A stretch of 64,000 nucleotides of DNA, taken from NCBI RefSeq assembly GCF_009914755.1, contig NC_060942.1. The stretch is one strand, 5' to 3'. The stretch is from the human T2T-CHM13v2.0 reference genome, Homo sapiens. The position numbers and the translations under genes were made by a program. The notes beneath the pieces were generated by a model. That model saw nothing but the letters and a program-made list of their open reading frames with translations. It ran no database searches and was not told the DNA's origin. Of this stretch, positions 1 through 14,889 are shown piece by piece (position 1 is the stretch's first letter; the number at the start of each line of letters is the position of its first letter).

Positions 1-160
1 ATAAGGTTCAAAATTTTGCTTCAACTTTTTCTCCAGTTGGATATCCACTTACAGTAACCTTTTTAGTGCATGGATGTGCAGGTTATTCTTTAACTTCAGA
101 GGTAATCATGATATGTTATTTTATTGAGTACTAGCTAAAACTTTCTTTTGTATTATTTAG

Positions 161-1320
<1,160 letters not shown>

Positions 1321-4035
1321 CCTCTGCCCGCCCGCCACCCCATCTAGGAAGTGAGCAGCGTCTCTGCCTGGCTGCCCCGTCTGGGAAGTGAGGAGTGCCT
1401 CTGCCCACCCACCACCCCGTCTGGGATGTGAGGAGCGCCTCTGCCCAGCCACCCCATCTGGGAAGTGAGGAGCGCCTCTGCCCAGCCGCCACCCCGTCTA
1501 GGAAGTGAGGATCGTCTCTGCCTGGCCGCCCATTGTCTGGGATGTGAGGAGCCCCTCTGCCCAGCCACCCTGAATGGGAAGTGAGGAGCACCTCTGCCTG
1601 GCCACCCCATCTGGGAAGTAAGGAGCACCTCTGCCCGGTTGCCACCCCATCTAGGAAGTGAGGAGCGTCTCTGCCTGACCGCCCATCCTCTGGGATGTGA
1701 GGAGCACCTCTGCCTGGCTGCCCCGTCTGGGATGTGAGGAGCACCTCTGCCCTACTGACCATCGTCTGGGAAGTGAGGAGTGCCTCTGCCCGGCCGCCCC
1801 ATCTGGGAGGTGAGGAGCGCCTCTGCCTGGCTGCCCTGCATCTGGGAGGAAGTGAGGAGTGCCTCTGCCCGGCTGCCCCGTCTGGGAAGTGGGGAGCGCC
1901 TCTGTCCAGCCGCCCCATCTGGGAAGTGAGGAGTGCCTCTGCCTGGCCACCACCCCATCTAGGAAGTGAGGAGTGCCTCTGCCCGGCCGCCCTGTCTGGG
2001 ATTTGGGGAGCGCCTCTGCCCAGCCGCCCCATCTGGGAAGTGAGGAGTGCCTCTGCCCAGCCGCCCTGTCTGGGAAGTGAGGAGTGCCTCTGCCCAGCCG
2101 CCCTGTCTGGGAAGTGAGGAGTGCCTCTGCCCAGCCGCCCTGTCTGGGAAGTGAGGAGTGCCTCTGCCCGGCCGCCACCTTGTCTAGGAAGTGAGGAGTG
2201 CCTCTGCCCGGCCGCCACCCTGTCTAGGAAGTGAGGAGTGCCTCTGCCCAGCCGCCCCATCTGGGATGTGGGGAGTGCCTCTGCCAGGCTGCCCTGCCTG
2301 GAAGGTGAGGAGCGTCTCTGCCCGACTGCCCCATCTGGGAATTGAGGAGCGCCTCTGCCCGGCCGCCCCGTCTGGGAGGTGAGGAGCGCCTCTGCCTGGC
2401 CGCCACCCCGTCTGAGAGGTGAGGAGTGCCTCTGCCTGGCAGCCCCATCTGAGAACTGAGGAGCGCCTCTGCCCAGCCGCCACCCCATCTGGGAAGTGGG
2501 GAGCACCTCTGCCCGGCTGCCCTGCCTAGGAAGTGGGGAGCGCTTCTGCCCGGCCACCCCGTCTGGGATGTGAGGAGTGCCTCTGCCCAGCCGCCCTGTC
2601 TGGGATGTGAGGAGCGTCTCTGCCCAGCCGCCACCCCATCTGGGAAGTGGGGAGCGCCTCTGCCTGGCCGCCCCATCTGGGAAGTAGGGAGCGCCTCTGC
2701 CCGGCCACCCCATCTGGGAAGTGAGGAGCGCTTCTGCCCGGCCGCCCCATCTGGGAAGTGAGGAGCACCTCTGCCTGGCCGCCCTGTCTAGGAGGAAGTG
2801 AGGAGCGCCTCTGCCCGGTCACCCTGTCTGGGAGGTGAGGAGTGCCTCTGCCCGGCCGCCCCATCTGGGATGTGGGGAGTGCCTCTGCCTGGCCGCCCAT
2901 CATCTGGGAAGTGGGGAGCACCTCTGCCCGGCTGCCCCATCTGGGAAGTGAGGAGTGCCTCTCCCTGGCCACCCCATCTGGGAAGTGGGGAGCGCCTCTT
3001 CCCGGCCACCCCGTCTGGGAAGTGAGGAGCGCCTCTGCCCGGCCACCCCGTCTGGGAAGTGGGGAGTGCCTCTGCCCGGCCACCCCATCTGGGAAGTGAG
3101 GAGCACCTCTGCCCAGCTGCCCCGCCTGGGAAGTGGGGATCACCTCTGCCCGGCCGCCCATAGTCTGGGAAGTGAGGAGTGCCTCTGCCCGGCCGCCCCA
3201 TCTGGGATGTGGGCAGTGCCTCTGCCTGGCCGCCCATCATCTGGGAAGTGGGGAGCACCTCTGCCCGGCTGCCCCATCTGGGAAGTGAGGAGTGCCTCTC
3301 CCTGGCCACCCCATCTGGGAAGTGGGGAGCGCCTCTGCCCGGCCACCCCGTCTGGGAAGTGAGGAGCGCCTCTGCCCGGCCACCCCGTCTGGGAAGTGGG
3401 GAGAGCCTCTGCCCGGCCACCCCGTCTGGGAAGTGAGGAGCACCTCTGCCCAGCTGCCCCGCCTGGGAAGTGGGGAGCACCTCTGCCCGGCCGCCCATAG
3501 TCTGGGAAGTGAGGAGCGCCTCTGCCCGGCCACCCCGTCTGGGAAGTGGGGAGCACCTCTGCCTGGCCGCCCCGTCTGGGAAGTGAGGAGCATCTCTGCC
3601 CGGCCACCCATCGTCTGGGATGTGAGGAGCACCTCTGCCCTGCCGCCCTGTCTGGGAAACGAGGAGCACCTCTGCCCGGCTGCCCCATCTGGGATGTGGG
3701 GAGTGCCTCTGCCCGGCTGCCCATCATCTGGGAAGTGGGGAGCGCCTCTGCCCGGCCACCCCATCTGGGAAGTGAGGAGTGCCTCTGCCCAGCCGCCCCG
3801 TCTGGGATGTGAGGAGCGCCTCTGCCTGGCCACCCATAGTCTGGGAAGTGGGGAGTGCCTCTGCCCGGCTGCCCCATCTGGGAAGTGGGGAGCGCCTCTA
3901 CCCAGCCACCCCGTCTGGGAAGTGGGGAGCATCTCTGCCCGGCCACCCATCCTCTGGGATGTGAGGAGCACCTCTGCCCCACCGCCCTGTCTGGGAAGCG
4001 AGGAGCGCCTCTACCCAGCCGCCCCATCTGGGAGG
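1321..4035 (+). repeat. SVA GC-rich VNTR (~2.7 kb, ~37-42 bp units)
   Basis: Tandem cctctgcccggccgccccgtctgggaagtgaggagcg variants throughout. Confidence 0.97.
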
Positions 4036-4534
4036 TGTACCCAACATCTCCGAAGAGACAGCAACCATCAAGAATGGGCCATGATGACGATGGTGATTTT
4101 GTTGCAAAGAAAAGGGGGAAATGTGGGGAAAAGAAAGAGAGATCAGACTGTTACTGTGTCTGTGTAGAAAGAAGTAGACATAGGAGACTCCATTTTGTTC
4201 TGTACTTAGAAAAATTCTTCTGCCTTGGTATGCTGTTAATCTATAACTTTACCCCCAACCACGTGCTCTCTGAAACATGTGCTGTGTCAACTCAGGGTTA
4301 AATGTATTAAGGGTGGTGCAAGATGTGCTTTGTTAAACAGATGCTTGAAGGCAGCATGCTGGTTAGGAGTCATCACCACTCCCTAATCTCAAGTACCCAG
4401 GGACACAAACACTGCCTAGGAAAACCAGAGACCTTTGTTCACGTGTTTATCTGCTGACCTTCTCTCCACTATTAGCCTATGACCCTGCCACATACCCCTC
4501 TCCGAGAAACACCCAAGAATGATCAATAAACATT
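4036..4534 (+). mobile_element. SINE-R (HERV-K env/LTR-derived) domain, old SVA_A-like type
   Basis: gtacccaac...gaagagacagcaaccatc...aaaagggggaaatgtggggaaaagaaagagagatcag...cccaagaatgatcaataaa. Subfamily call is from memory. Confidence 0.9.
4525..4530 (+). terminator. SVA polyadenylation signal AATAAA, followed by A-rich tail 4535-4557
   Basis: gatcAATAAAcatt followed by A-runs. Confidence 0.9.
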
Positions 4535-4557
4535 AAAAAAAAAAGATAAAAGAAAAA

Positions 4558-4570
4558 AAAAGATAAGTTC
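4558..4570 (+). repeat. Right target-site duplication AAAAGATAAGTTC
   Basis: Matches 687-699. Confidence 0.95.
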
Positions 4571-4957
4571 CGTAAGACAAGAGATACTCTCAGAAAAAAG
4601 TCATTGGCTTTAGAAACTGTACAAAACGACCTAAGCCAAACACAGCAGCAAATAAAGGAAATGAAAGAGATGTATCAAAGTGCAGAAGCTAAAGTCAGTA
4701 AATCCACTGGAAAGTGGAACTGTGTGGAAGAGAGGATATGTCAACTCCAACGTGAAAATCCGTGGCTTGAACAGCAACTAGTTGATGTTCATCAGAAAGA
4801 GGATCATAAAGAGATAGTAATTAATATCCAAAGAGGCTTTATTGAGAGTAGAAAGAAAGACCTCATGCTAGAAGAGAAAAATAAGAAGCTAATGAATGAA
4901 TATGATCATTTAAAAGAAAGTCTCTTTCAATATGAGAGACAGAAAGCAGAAACAGTA
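4571..4957 (+). pseudogene. ANKRD-like large exon, 3' part (after the insertion)
   Basis: Resumes in frame with LKDKF as RKTRDTLRKKSLALETVQNDLSQ...KAETV; donor GTAAGT at 4958. Confidence 0.9.
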
Positions 4958-5074
4958 GTAAGTATCAAGGAAGATAAATATTTTCAAACTTCTAGAAAGA
5001 AAGTTTAAACATTTGGTTCTGGATACATGTTGAACCTAGTTGAATATAAAAATCAGTAGATAAAAAGTGTGTTT

Positions 5075-5340
5075 ACTATACTGTATAATTCCATTTACAT
5101 GAAGCATCCAGAAAAGAGAAAGGTATAGGTACAAAAAGTAGAATAATGTTTGCGAAGGGCTGGGGCTGGAAGCTGGTAGTGACTGCTAATGGGCGTGAGG
5201 GATCTTGCAGTGATGGAAATGCTCTAAAGTTGGATTGTAGAGATGGCTGCACAGCTCAGAAAATGTACTAAAAATCTTTTAACTTTATGTTAAAACAGAT
5301 ACATTCTATAGTATGTAAATTATATTTCAACAAAGCTTTT
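5075..5340 (+). mobile_element. Old L1M 3'-end fragment
   Basis: tactgtataattccatttacatgaagcatccagaaaag...gtatgtaaattatatttcaacaaagc resembles ancient L1 3' ends; boundaries approximate. Confidence 0.55.
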
Positions 5341-6451
5341 TGGTTTAAAAAAAAAGGAAAAATGTGTTCACTACATCAGCTTAGAAACATAACTTGTTTC
5401 CATAGAGGTGAGAGATGATTTACTTTGAGAGAAGACATTGTGTCACCTATGACATTTTATTAGGCACAGAGTCATATTTTAAGGTAGATAGTCCTGTAGT
5501 GCTGAAATAATAATTTTAATGTCTTTATGTTGCCACATGTTAAGACCATGGTGAAGGTATAAATGGAAATGTTTACACCTGAAATGAGTATTTTCAAATT
5601 AAAATTTAATTAAGTGATTTGCTTCAACACTTAATTCTAGATTTCCCAGATGAACTGAAGTGTATTGCTGTGTCTTGTAATATCTTGCTTTAAGTAGTTT
5701 TTTATATATTTTAGTTGGTATAGCTTTATTATTATTCATATTAATTTAACTTAAATCTGAAAATGTCAGTCTCAAATTACATATTTTAATGACCACGTAA
5801 TGTTTTAAAGGCACCTACTTGTTATAAAATTATAATTTAAGGTAAATGTGGTAAATTTTAGCAAAACTATATTTGATTTAGTCTTCCCACTCGTATTCAT
5901 AATTTACTTTGAATATTTTTATTAATAATTAGCTCATAATTTTTATTTCAAGGCTCAATGACTATCATTTGAATATAACTTTGTCCAGTACAAAGATACT
6001 GTAGCTGCCTGTGATTTATGAGTTAGGCATTAGATCCCCATTTTCAGACTAAAGCGGGGTGGTAGGCTTCACGTACAGTGGGAATGGAGTAATTACAGGA
6101 GGGAGTTGTAGGAGCTTGAAGTCAGAGAGGGAGGTAGAGGCCTGTTTACCTAGGGCCTCAAAGGCCATTGGACTTTTACTTTTATTCTGAGACAGGAATC
6201 TGTTGGAAGGATTTGAACAGTTGATTGAATATGTTAGGAACTTTGAGGTTGAGTTGAGCTTCTAAGATGATTGAATGGTGGGATGAATCTGTTGTATTAA
6301 GAGAATACCAATTTGGCAGGAGGATAACACATTCTGCATCCCTCACTGAATTCAGTAATAAATAAAAATGTGTACCTGTGATGAAAAGAAGGTGAATTGA
6401 TGTGTGTGAGATAATTTTCAAAGTAGGTATGTTAGAGTTAAATGTTCTTAA

Positions 6452-6691
<240 letters not shown>

Positions 6692-7284
6692 TAGCTGGTT
6701 GAATTATATAACATGTTTTAGGATACTAATTTTGGCAGAAGCTTGATTTTGTACTTTCATTATAATTAATTATTTCCATTTTACCATCTTTATAATGTAC
6801 TTTTTTTAAATATTGTGACTTTTGTTCTACCATTTTGAAAAAGGATTGCATACCTTTTCTCTTACAATATGTACCCTTGGAAAAGTTGATAATTATACAT
6901 CATTCCTCAGAGAAAATTGACTTTTTTCCTGTTAAACATATTTTCAAGTAATTTTTGTATTGCTATGATGAGGCAGGCCAGATTAAATCAGAGGACAATG
7001 TTTAATGGAATGTTCCAGAAAATTGTCTTATTTCTTCACTTTTGTGAAAGGACACAGAATCTGTGTCTATTTCACAGATTCTAAGTTAACTTGTATAGAA
7101 AGGCCATTATACTATTCTTTGAAATGTACATGTTTTATGTCAATTTACAAACTATTTGAAAAGTTAGGCATTTTCTTTATTTACCTTTTATTTAAAATAT
7201 AAAAGTATAGAAATATTTAGATCTGATATAGTAGGTACATCAAAAATTGAGAGCTGAGAAAATTTTCTTGATCCTGCCATTGGA

Positions 7285-7785
7285 TTTTAAAAACAGTTTC
7301 ACTGAGATATAATTCATGTATCAGACAGGTCAACCATTTAAAATGTGCAACTCAGTATCTGTTAGTATATTCACAGCATTTTCATCACCCTGAAAAGCAA
7401 CCCCACATCTCCTAGGCATGACTGCAGCCTTCCTCCATGTCCCTCCACCTACCCCTGTTGTAGGCAAACACCATCTATTTTTGTCTCCATAGGTTTGCCT
7501 GTTCTGCATATTTCATATACATAGAGTTAGACAATACATAGTCCTTTGTGACTGGCTTTTTCACTTAGCTTAATGTTTTCAGAATTCATGCATGTTTTAG
7601 CACACATTGGTAGTTTATTTCTTGTTATAGTTAAATGATACTCTATTGCATGGCTATACTGGTTTTCCATTCATTCATCAGTTGATGGACGTTTACGTTA
7701 GTTTCCACTTCTAGCTATTATGAAAAATGCTGCTGCAAACATTCACTTAGAGGTTATTATGTGGACACGTGTTTTTATTTCCCTG
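7285..7785 (-). mobile_element. Old L1M fragment
   Basis: gactggctttttcacttagc, ttccattcattcatcagttgatggac, gtttccacttctagctattatg: typical antisense L1 3' motifs; boundaries approximate. Confidence 0.65.
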
Positions 7786-8886
7786 CCATTGGACTTTATC
7801 CTCAGAGTTAATTGGGCAGATTTCAGCACTTGTCTTGCTCATGCTATCCTTTCTGCCTTCTCAGTTTCTGTTCATCTAGCCTCATTCATTCAGACCTGGC
7901 AGACAATTTTTTTGTTTTTATGAAGCTTTCTCTGACTGTTCTGACTCTCATTGACCTTATGTGTTATGAATTGTTGTCCAGTCTGTGCAGAAAACTTAGT
8001 CCTTAATTTTACATGGCTTTTTCTTTTTTATGGAAGATAATTTTGTCTCAGTATAAATTTGCTTAATGGGGGAATAATATATAATATGTATGGCACCTAT
8101 CCTTGCATAAATTGAAAATATTTTAGCTTAGAAGTTTTTATCATACAATTAAATATTTTATACCATACCAATTATTTGTTCTTTGAGACCTTGACACAGT
8201 AAGGTTTATATTCTAAATGTATTTTTAGCAATTAAATATCAAATCTAAACCAATTAGTCTAATAGAGGAGACTCGTTCAATCACATGTTTATGTTTTTCT
8301 CTCTATGAAAAAGAATCTAAATTGGCCTTTTTTCACTATGCAGCCATTACTGTATTTCTGGACTGCTCCCAGTTTGTCAGCTGAACAGTTCTGGCTGCAG
8401 CTTGTCTGATGACAGATAGCACAGCCCCTCAATCTGAGTGCTCAGCAGAGTGCTTGTGAAGGCAGCACCACAGCAACAGTTGCTCAGAGGGAACAGATTC
8501 AGGAGCCTTGGTTTAGCAATAGAGTCCAGGGTTTTCAGCTCAGTGTCTTTAGCCTGTCTCTGCTGGTCATGTCAGTTATGTACTATTCCATCCAGGAGGT
8601 GCTATTTACATTGTAGTACATACATAGTCATTGCCTACTGAGTCATACACAGAGAAAAGTAAGTTATAAATTATATGCCCCCCATTTGCTGCAACTCTCA
8701 GTGGTGAGAAGAATGATTCAGTGCAGCTATAGGAGACTACTTCCATTGGCATGCCACCTGCCTAACATACACAATTTTGTTAAGATATACAATAAAATTA
8801 TTATGCTACTAGCAAATATTTTATGTAGCTCACTATGTTCCACGTACTCTTGTAAGTGCTTCATGTTAGTCCCCAGTTAAACACCT

Positions 8887-9183
8887 GGTTGGGGGAGGTG
8901 GCTCATGCAAGTAATCCTAGCATTTTGGAAGGCTGAGGCAGGAGGCTCGCTTGAGCCCAGGAGTTTGAGATCAGCCACAGCAATATAATGAGAACCTGTC
9001 TTTAAAAAATAAATAAATAAATACTTAGAGGCATGGTGGTGCATGCCTGTAGTCCCAGCTACCTTGGGAGTCTGTGGTAGGAGGGTCGGTTGACCTTGGA
9101 ATATTGAGGCTGCAGTGAGTGTTGATCAAGCCACTACACTCCAGTCTGGGTAACAGAGTGAGACTCTGTCTCATAAATAAAAC
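8887..9183 (+). mobile_element. Alu (AluJ-like)
   Basis: Dimeric Alu with gcttgagcccaggagtttgag and ggctgcagtgag; highly diverged. Confidence 0.85.
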
Positions 9184-9541
9184 GTTTTGTATAGATTCCC
9201 ATAGAAGTGAGTTAGACATCAGGCATAGTATTATTAGCCACTTTGATGTCTGCCTAGGGAGTAAAACATATAATAAGGGACAGCATTAAACCATCTCAGT
9301 CAGTAGCCTCTAACTTCTCAAGAAGGTTCTTATCTCCTGAATGTCTAAGCAAGAGACTACCTGGATGAAGACATTTGGTGGACACCATTTTGAGATGAAG
9401 AATCTCAAATGGGAAGAAGGGAGATGTCTACTTGACTGGAGCTTCCCAATGATATATTTGAGTGTCCCCCAAAAGAAACTTTAGAAACTTTAGAACAAGA
9501 CTTTCATCATTCCATATCTCTATGGAAAAGGAAACTCTTTA

Positions 9542-9979
<438 letters not shown>

Positions 9980-10266
9980 TCAATATCGTAATGGTGAGAC
10001 TGTCCCCCTTTGAGATAGAAAATAACGGTATACTCAAAGTAACATCAATAAGAACCAACATAAAATAGACAAGATTCACTATCTACAAAAGTAATCTGCA
10101 CCAAGTAGCAATGTCTGAGCGTGTGGTTGAGAATATTGTCTATAATATGTGTACTAGAAGGAAGAGGCCTCAAGAAAAATGTCAGAGCTGGAAATGTAGA
10201 TTAGGGAATCTAGTTCAAAGTTTTGAGATTTTAGGAGTCCTGAGAGAATTTAAAAAGTGGAATAGC

Positions 10267-10619
<353 letters not shown>

Positions 10620-11402
10620 TCAGAGGAGCAGAGGGAACATTTGGTCACTGCTCGCAGCTGCTGCTGAGTAAAGCGGGATAAAGTCCTTCATGACCCTTGA
10701 ACTTTTTTATTGGAATTATTAAAAATCAGATTTCCATATTAAAAACACAATAAGTGATGAAAAATAGATTTCTGGATGAGACCATGTGTCACAGATTCCA
10801 ATGGAAGGGGAGAAACAGGATAATAGAAAAACCACAAAAAGTAGACAAAAGTTGTGTTTTTGTTTATTATAGAAAAAAACTTTATTTAAAGAGAAAGGGT
10901 TAAGAGAAAGGGAAAAACTGAAACGTGTGGGTGAATACTTACAGAGAATGACAGTATTTAGCTCAACCTGAAGACAGATGAGGATCAAAAAGGTAATGGG
11001 AAATAGATAAGAGTTTTCTAAAACTCGTCTTAGTAAGATGTAATTTAAGAAAACTTGGAATATCTTAAACTATTATTAATGACAATGTTTCTAGAGCATC
11101 TTTAAAAAGTAAAATGTAAATATAACTACACATTTTTTACTAACCCTTAGTATTTTATGTGTAAAAACCCTTGTTTGTAACAAACATTTTTGGCAGTTTA
11201 AATTTCAGAAAATATAATGAAAGTATGTATCATTTTTAGCAGTTTTAAGAAAAGTGACTATTTCTGAAATCTGCCCTTATTGGCATCAGGCTTATAAAAT
11301 GCACTTTATACCCATGCCTAAATACATATTACTCATCAACTTATGAGAAATAATATTTTTAAGATAAAAGAGGGTCTCTAGATTTTACAAAAATAATTTT
11401 AA

Positions 11403-11597
<195 letters not shown>

Positions 11598-11828
11598 TAA
11601 AACTGAGATACAAATTCATTTTATGTCTCCATTTTAATAATTAAATGAATTCTATTTTAAAATGTATTTCAGAAACTCACAACAAAACTTTATAGGCATG
11701 TGCATCATGGGGTTGGGAGTCAGCTGAGCTGCTGGGGCAAGGTTGGGATGAAAAAATTTGTATTAAAATATGTATAAAAGAGAAACAACATAATCTGACA
11801 ATTTTTTGAATGCCAAAATATTATACTT

Positions 11829-12129
11829 ATTTATTTATTTATTTTTATTTTTATTTATTATTATTTTTTTTGAGACAGTGCCTCTGTCTCCCAGGCTGGA
11901 GTGCAATGGCGCCATCTTGGCTCACTGCAACCTATGCCTCCAAGCAATTCTCCTGCCTCAGCCTCCTGAGTAGCTGGGATTACAGGCATGTGCAACCACA
12001 CCCGGCTACCTTTTGTATTTTTTAGTAGAGAGGAGGTTTTGCAAAGTTGGTCAGGCTGGTCTCAAACTCCTGACCTCGTGATCTGCCTGACTCAGCCTCC
12101 CAAAGTGGCATGAGCCACTGTGCCTGGCC
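11829..12129 (-). mobile_element. Alu with (TTTA)n tail
   Basis: tttgagacag...ctcctgcctcagcctcc...ccactgtgcctggcc. Confidence 0.9.
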
Positions 12130-13010
12130 GCTTATTCTTTAATGATTTTGAAAACAATGACAAAGCCTTGGACATATAATGTCAAGTCCACTCTTCATTA
12201 TCTAGTTTGAATTTTTATTTCTGAAGATATTTTTGCTGTCTGTGGTCATCTTTTCTTCCTTTTGTAGTATCCTCTGCTGCATTCAAATTCTTTAAAGAAG
12301 ACCTATTGTGTCATTCTTTAACATCAAAATTTATCTTGATATATAGCTTATATTTTGTTTCTGCTTCTTTTTCTTTTAGATATAAAACATGGAAATTTAC
12401 TCATTTTACACAGATACCTCCGTTGTATTCACGAAGTATACATGTTATTAAACTTCTGTTTTACAGCAATAAATTTCATATATATAAAAATATATGTATA
12501 ACTTAAAAGTAAAATGAGCATTCATGTTTTGATCACATATTTTTTTTAAAAAAATGGAATGTGTCTTTGAAGTCCTGAACACAGCTACTTTTCTATTTAT
12601 TTACTGAGCACTTAAATTGGTTTTCTGATTCTAATCTACATTTTTCTGTCATTGCCTTTCTCTACATGGTTTTGTATCTCTTTCATTTTGTTGACATTAT
12701 GTCAGCAAAGATCTCTAGATCTCTTCTTCAAAGTCCTTAAATTGTCACACATCTCTCTGCCCCATTCTTGGTCTTCTCTTTTTCTACATTGAATAATGTC
12801 CTTGATGCTTTTTGTGTGTACTTTTTTTTCTTCTTATAGACTGTGAATGGGTATCAAAATGTAATTTTTTGTCTTTTTCAAATGTATGTGTTTTACTTTT
12901 TTATCTTGGTTACTCATTTCTAGGTTATGGCTTATATTTAGTAATAGGTTATTTTATCTTAGCATACCAACATGGGTATGAATAGTTTATTTACAAAAGG
13001 TGTATGGTTA

Positions 13011-13339
<329 letters not shown>

Positions 13340-13578
13340 CACTGTATGGTTGTAATACCACTTTACCTGCCATATATGCCATAAAATTGTTCTTCATATT
13401 ATTTATCTAAGATTATAATTTCATATACAGTGCTTCCAAACTATGCTCAGTTGAAACTGAAAGGATCATAGTTTATAGATGTGTTTCTTTGATATGCTAT
13501 AACATAATATCTTTTAAACAATTATTAAATATTTACTCTTAAAAATATTTGACTTACTAATTCTGTACATTTCTGCAG

Positions 13579-13716
<138 letters not shown>

Positions 13717-13743
13717 TAAAACAAATTATCTTAAGGTCTAGAT

Positions 13744-14205
13744 TACATGTGTGAGATGTGCAGGTTTGTTACATAGGTAAACGTGTGCCATGATGGTTTG
13801 CTGCACCTGTCAATCCATCACCTAGATATTAAGCCCCGCAGGAATTAGCTATTGATCTTGATGCTCTCCCTCTTGACCCCTACAGGCCCCAGTGTTTGTT
13901 TTTCCCCTCCCCGAGTCCATGTGTTCTCATCGTTCAGCTCCCACTTATAAGTGAGAAAATGTAGTGTTTGGTTTTTTCTTCCTGCATTAGTTTGCTGAGG
14001 ATAACAGCTTCGAGTTCATCCATGTCCCTGCAAAGAGCATGATCTCATTCATTTTTATGGCTCCATGGCGTATATATACCACATTTTCTTTATCCCGTCT
14101 ATCACTGATGGACATCTGGGTTGATTCCATGTCTTTGCTATTGTGAATAGTGCTGCAATGATCATATAAATGCACGTATCTTTATAACAGAATAACTTAT
14201 ATTCC
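13744..14205 (-). mobile_element. Primate L1 (L1PA/L1PB) 3'-end fragment
   Basis: gtgcaggtttgttacataggtaaacgtgtgccatg...cagctcccacttataagtgaga...ttgtgaatagtgctgcaatg. Confidence 0.88.
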
Positions 14206-14889
14206 AACATACGGTAATTTTAAATCAGTTTTGGGATTAAAAATCACGTAATTTGGGAATATATTGATAATGGAAAAACCCAAATTCTGCCAAAATATGT
14301 TGAGAAAATAGAGGGTAAATATATCTTTTCAGACTTTGAATGCATCAGCCTCTTAGTTAATCTTCCCCAGATCTGGGAAGACCTAGAAGGGGACAGATTG
14401 GGCTACATTAATGAGGGCCATTTCAGTCTCTTGGCCCTGCAGCAGCCATTTCAAAATATGTCAGAAAAATATATTTGGGGGTTAAATATTTTGATTTCCT
14501 TCAGCTTCTTCTCTCTGTGATGCTGTACCAGAATCAGGTGAGAAAGGAAGCCACATTATAAGAGTTAATAAAACCCATCTGATGAGATTTAATAGTTTGA
14601 AGTGTGTGATTCTCAGACCCTTTAGATAGAAATTGGGGCCAAAGAAAACAAGTTCTTATTCCTCAATATAAATCTCTCAGTGCTTTAAGCAGTGAAAGAA
14701 AGATTTTTCATTTAATTTTACAGAATTGATACTAATGAAAAGGATAGTTTTAAAAATATAAACCTTTTTTCTATAAAAAGGACATGCTGTTGATTCTCTT
14801 ATGTCTTTAACTCTGGCCAGTGATCTGAAACCAAGCAGTACCTGTCTCCAGACCACTAGTACCAAATTAATTTGGGGGGGGGGCTGGGT

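Noticed and set aside
1321-4035. CRISPR-like appearance of ~37-42 bp repeats
   Set aside because: Units are directly tandem with no unique spacers, in primate DNA inside an SVA.
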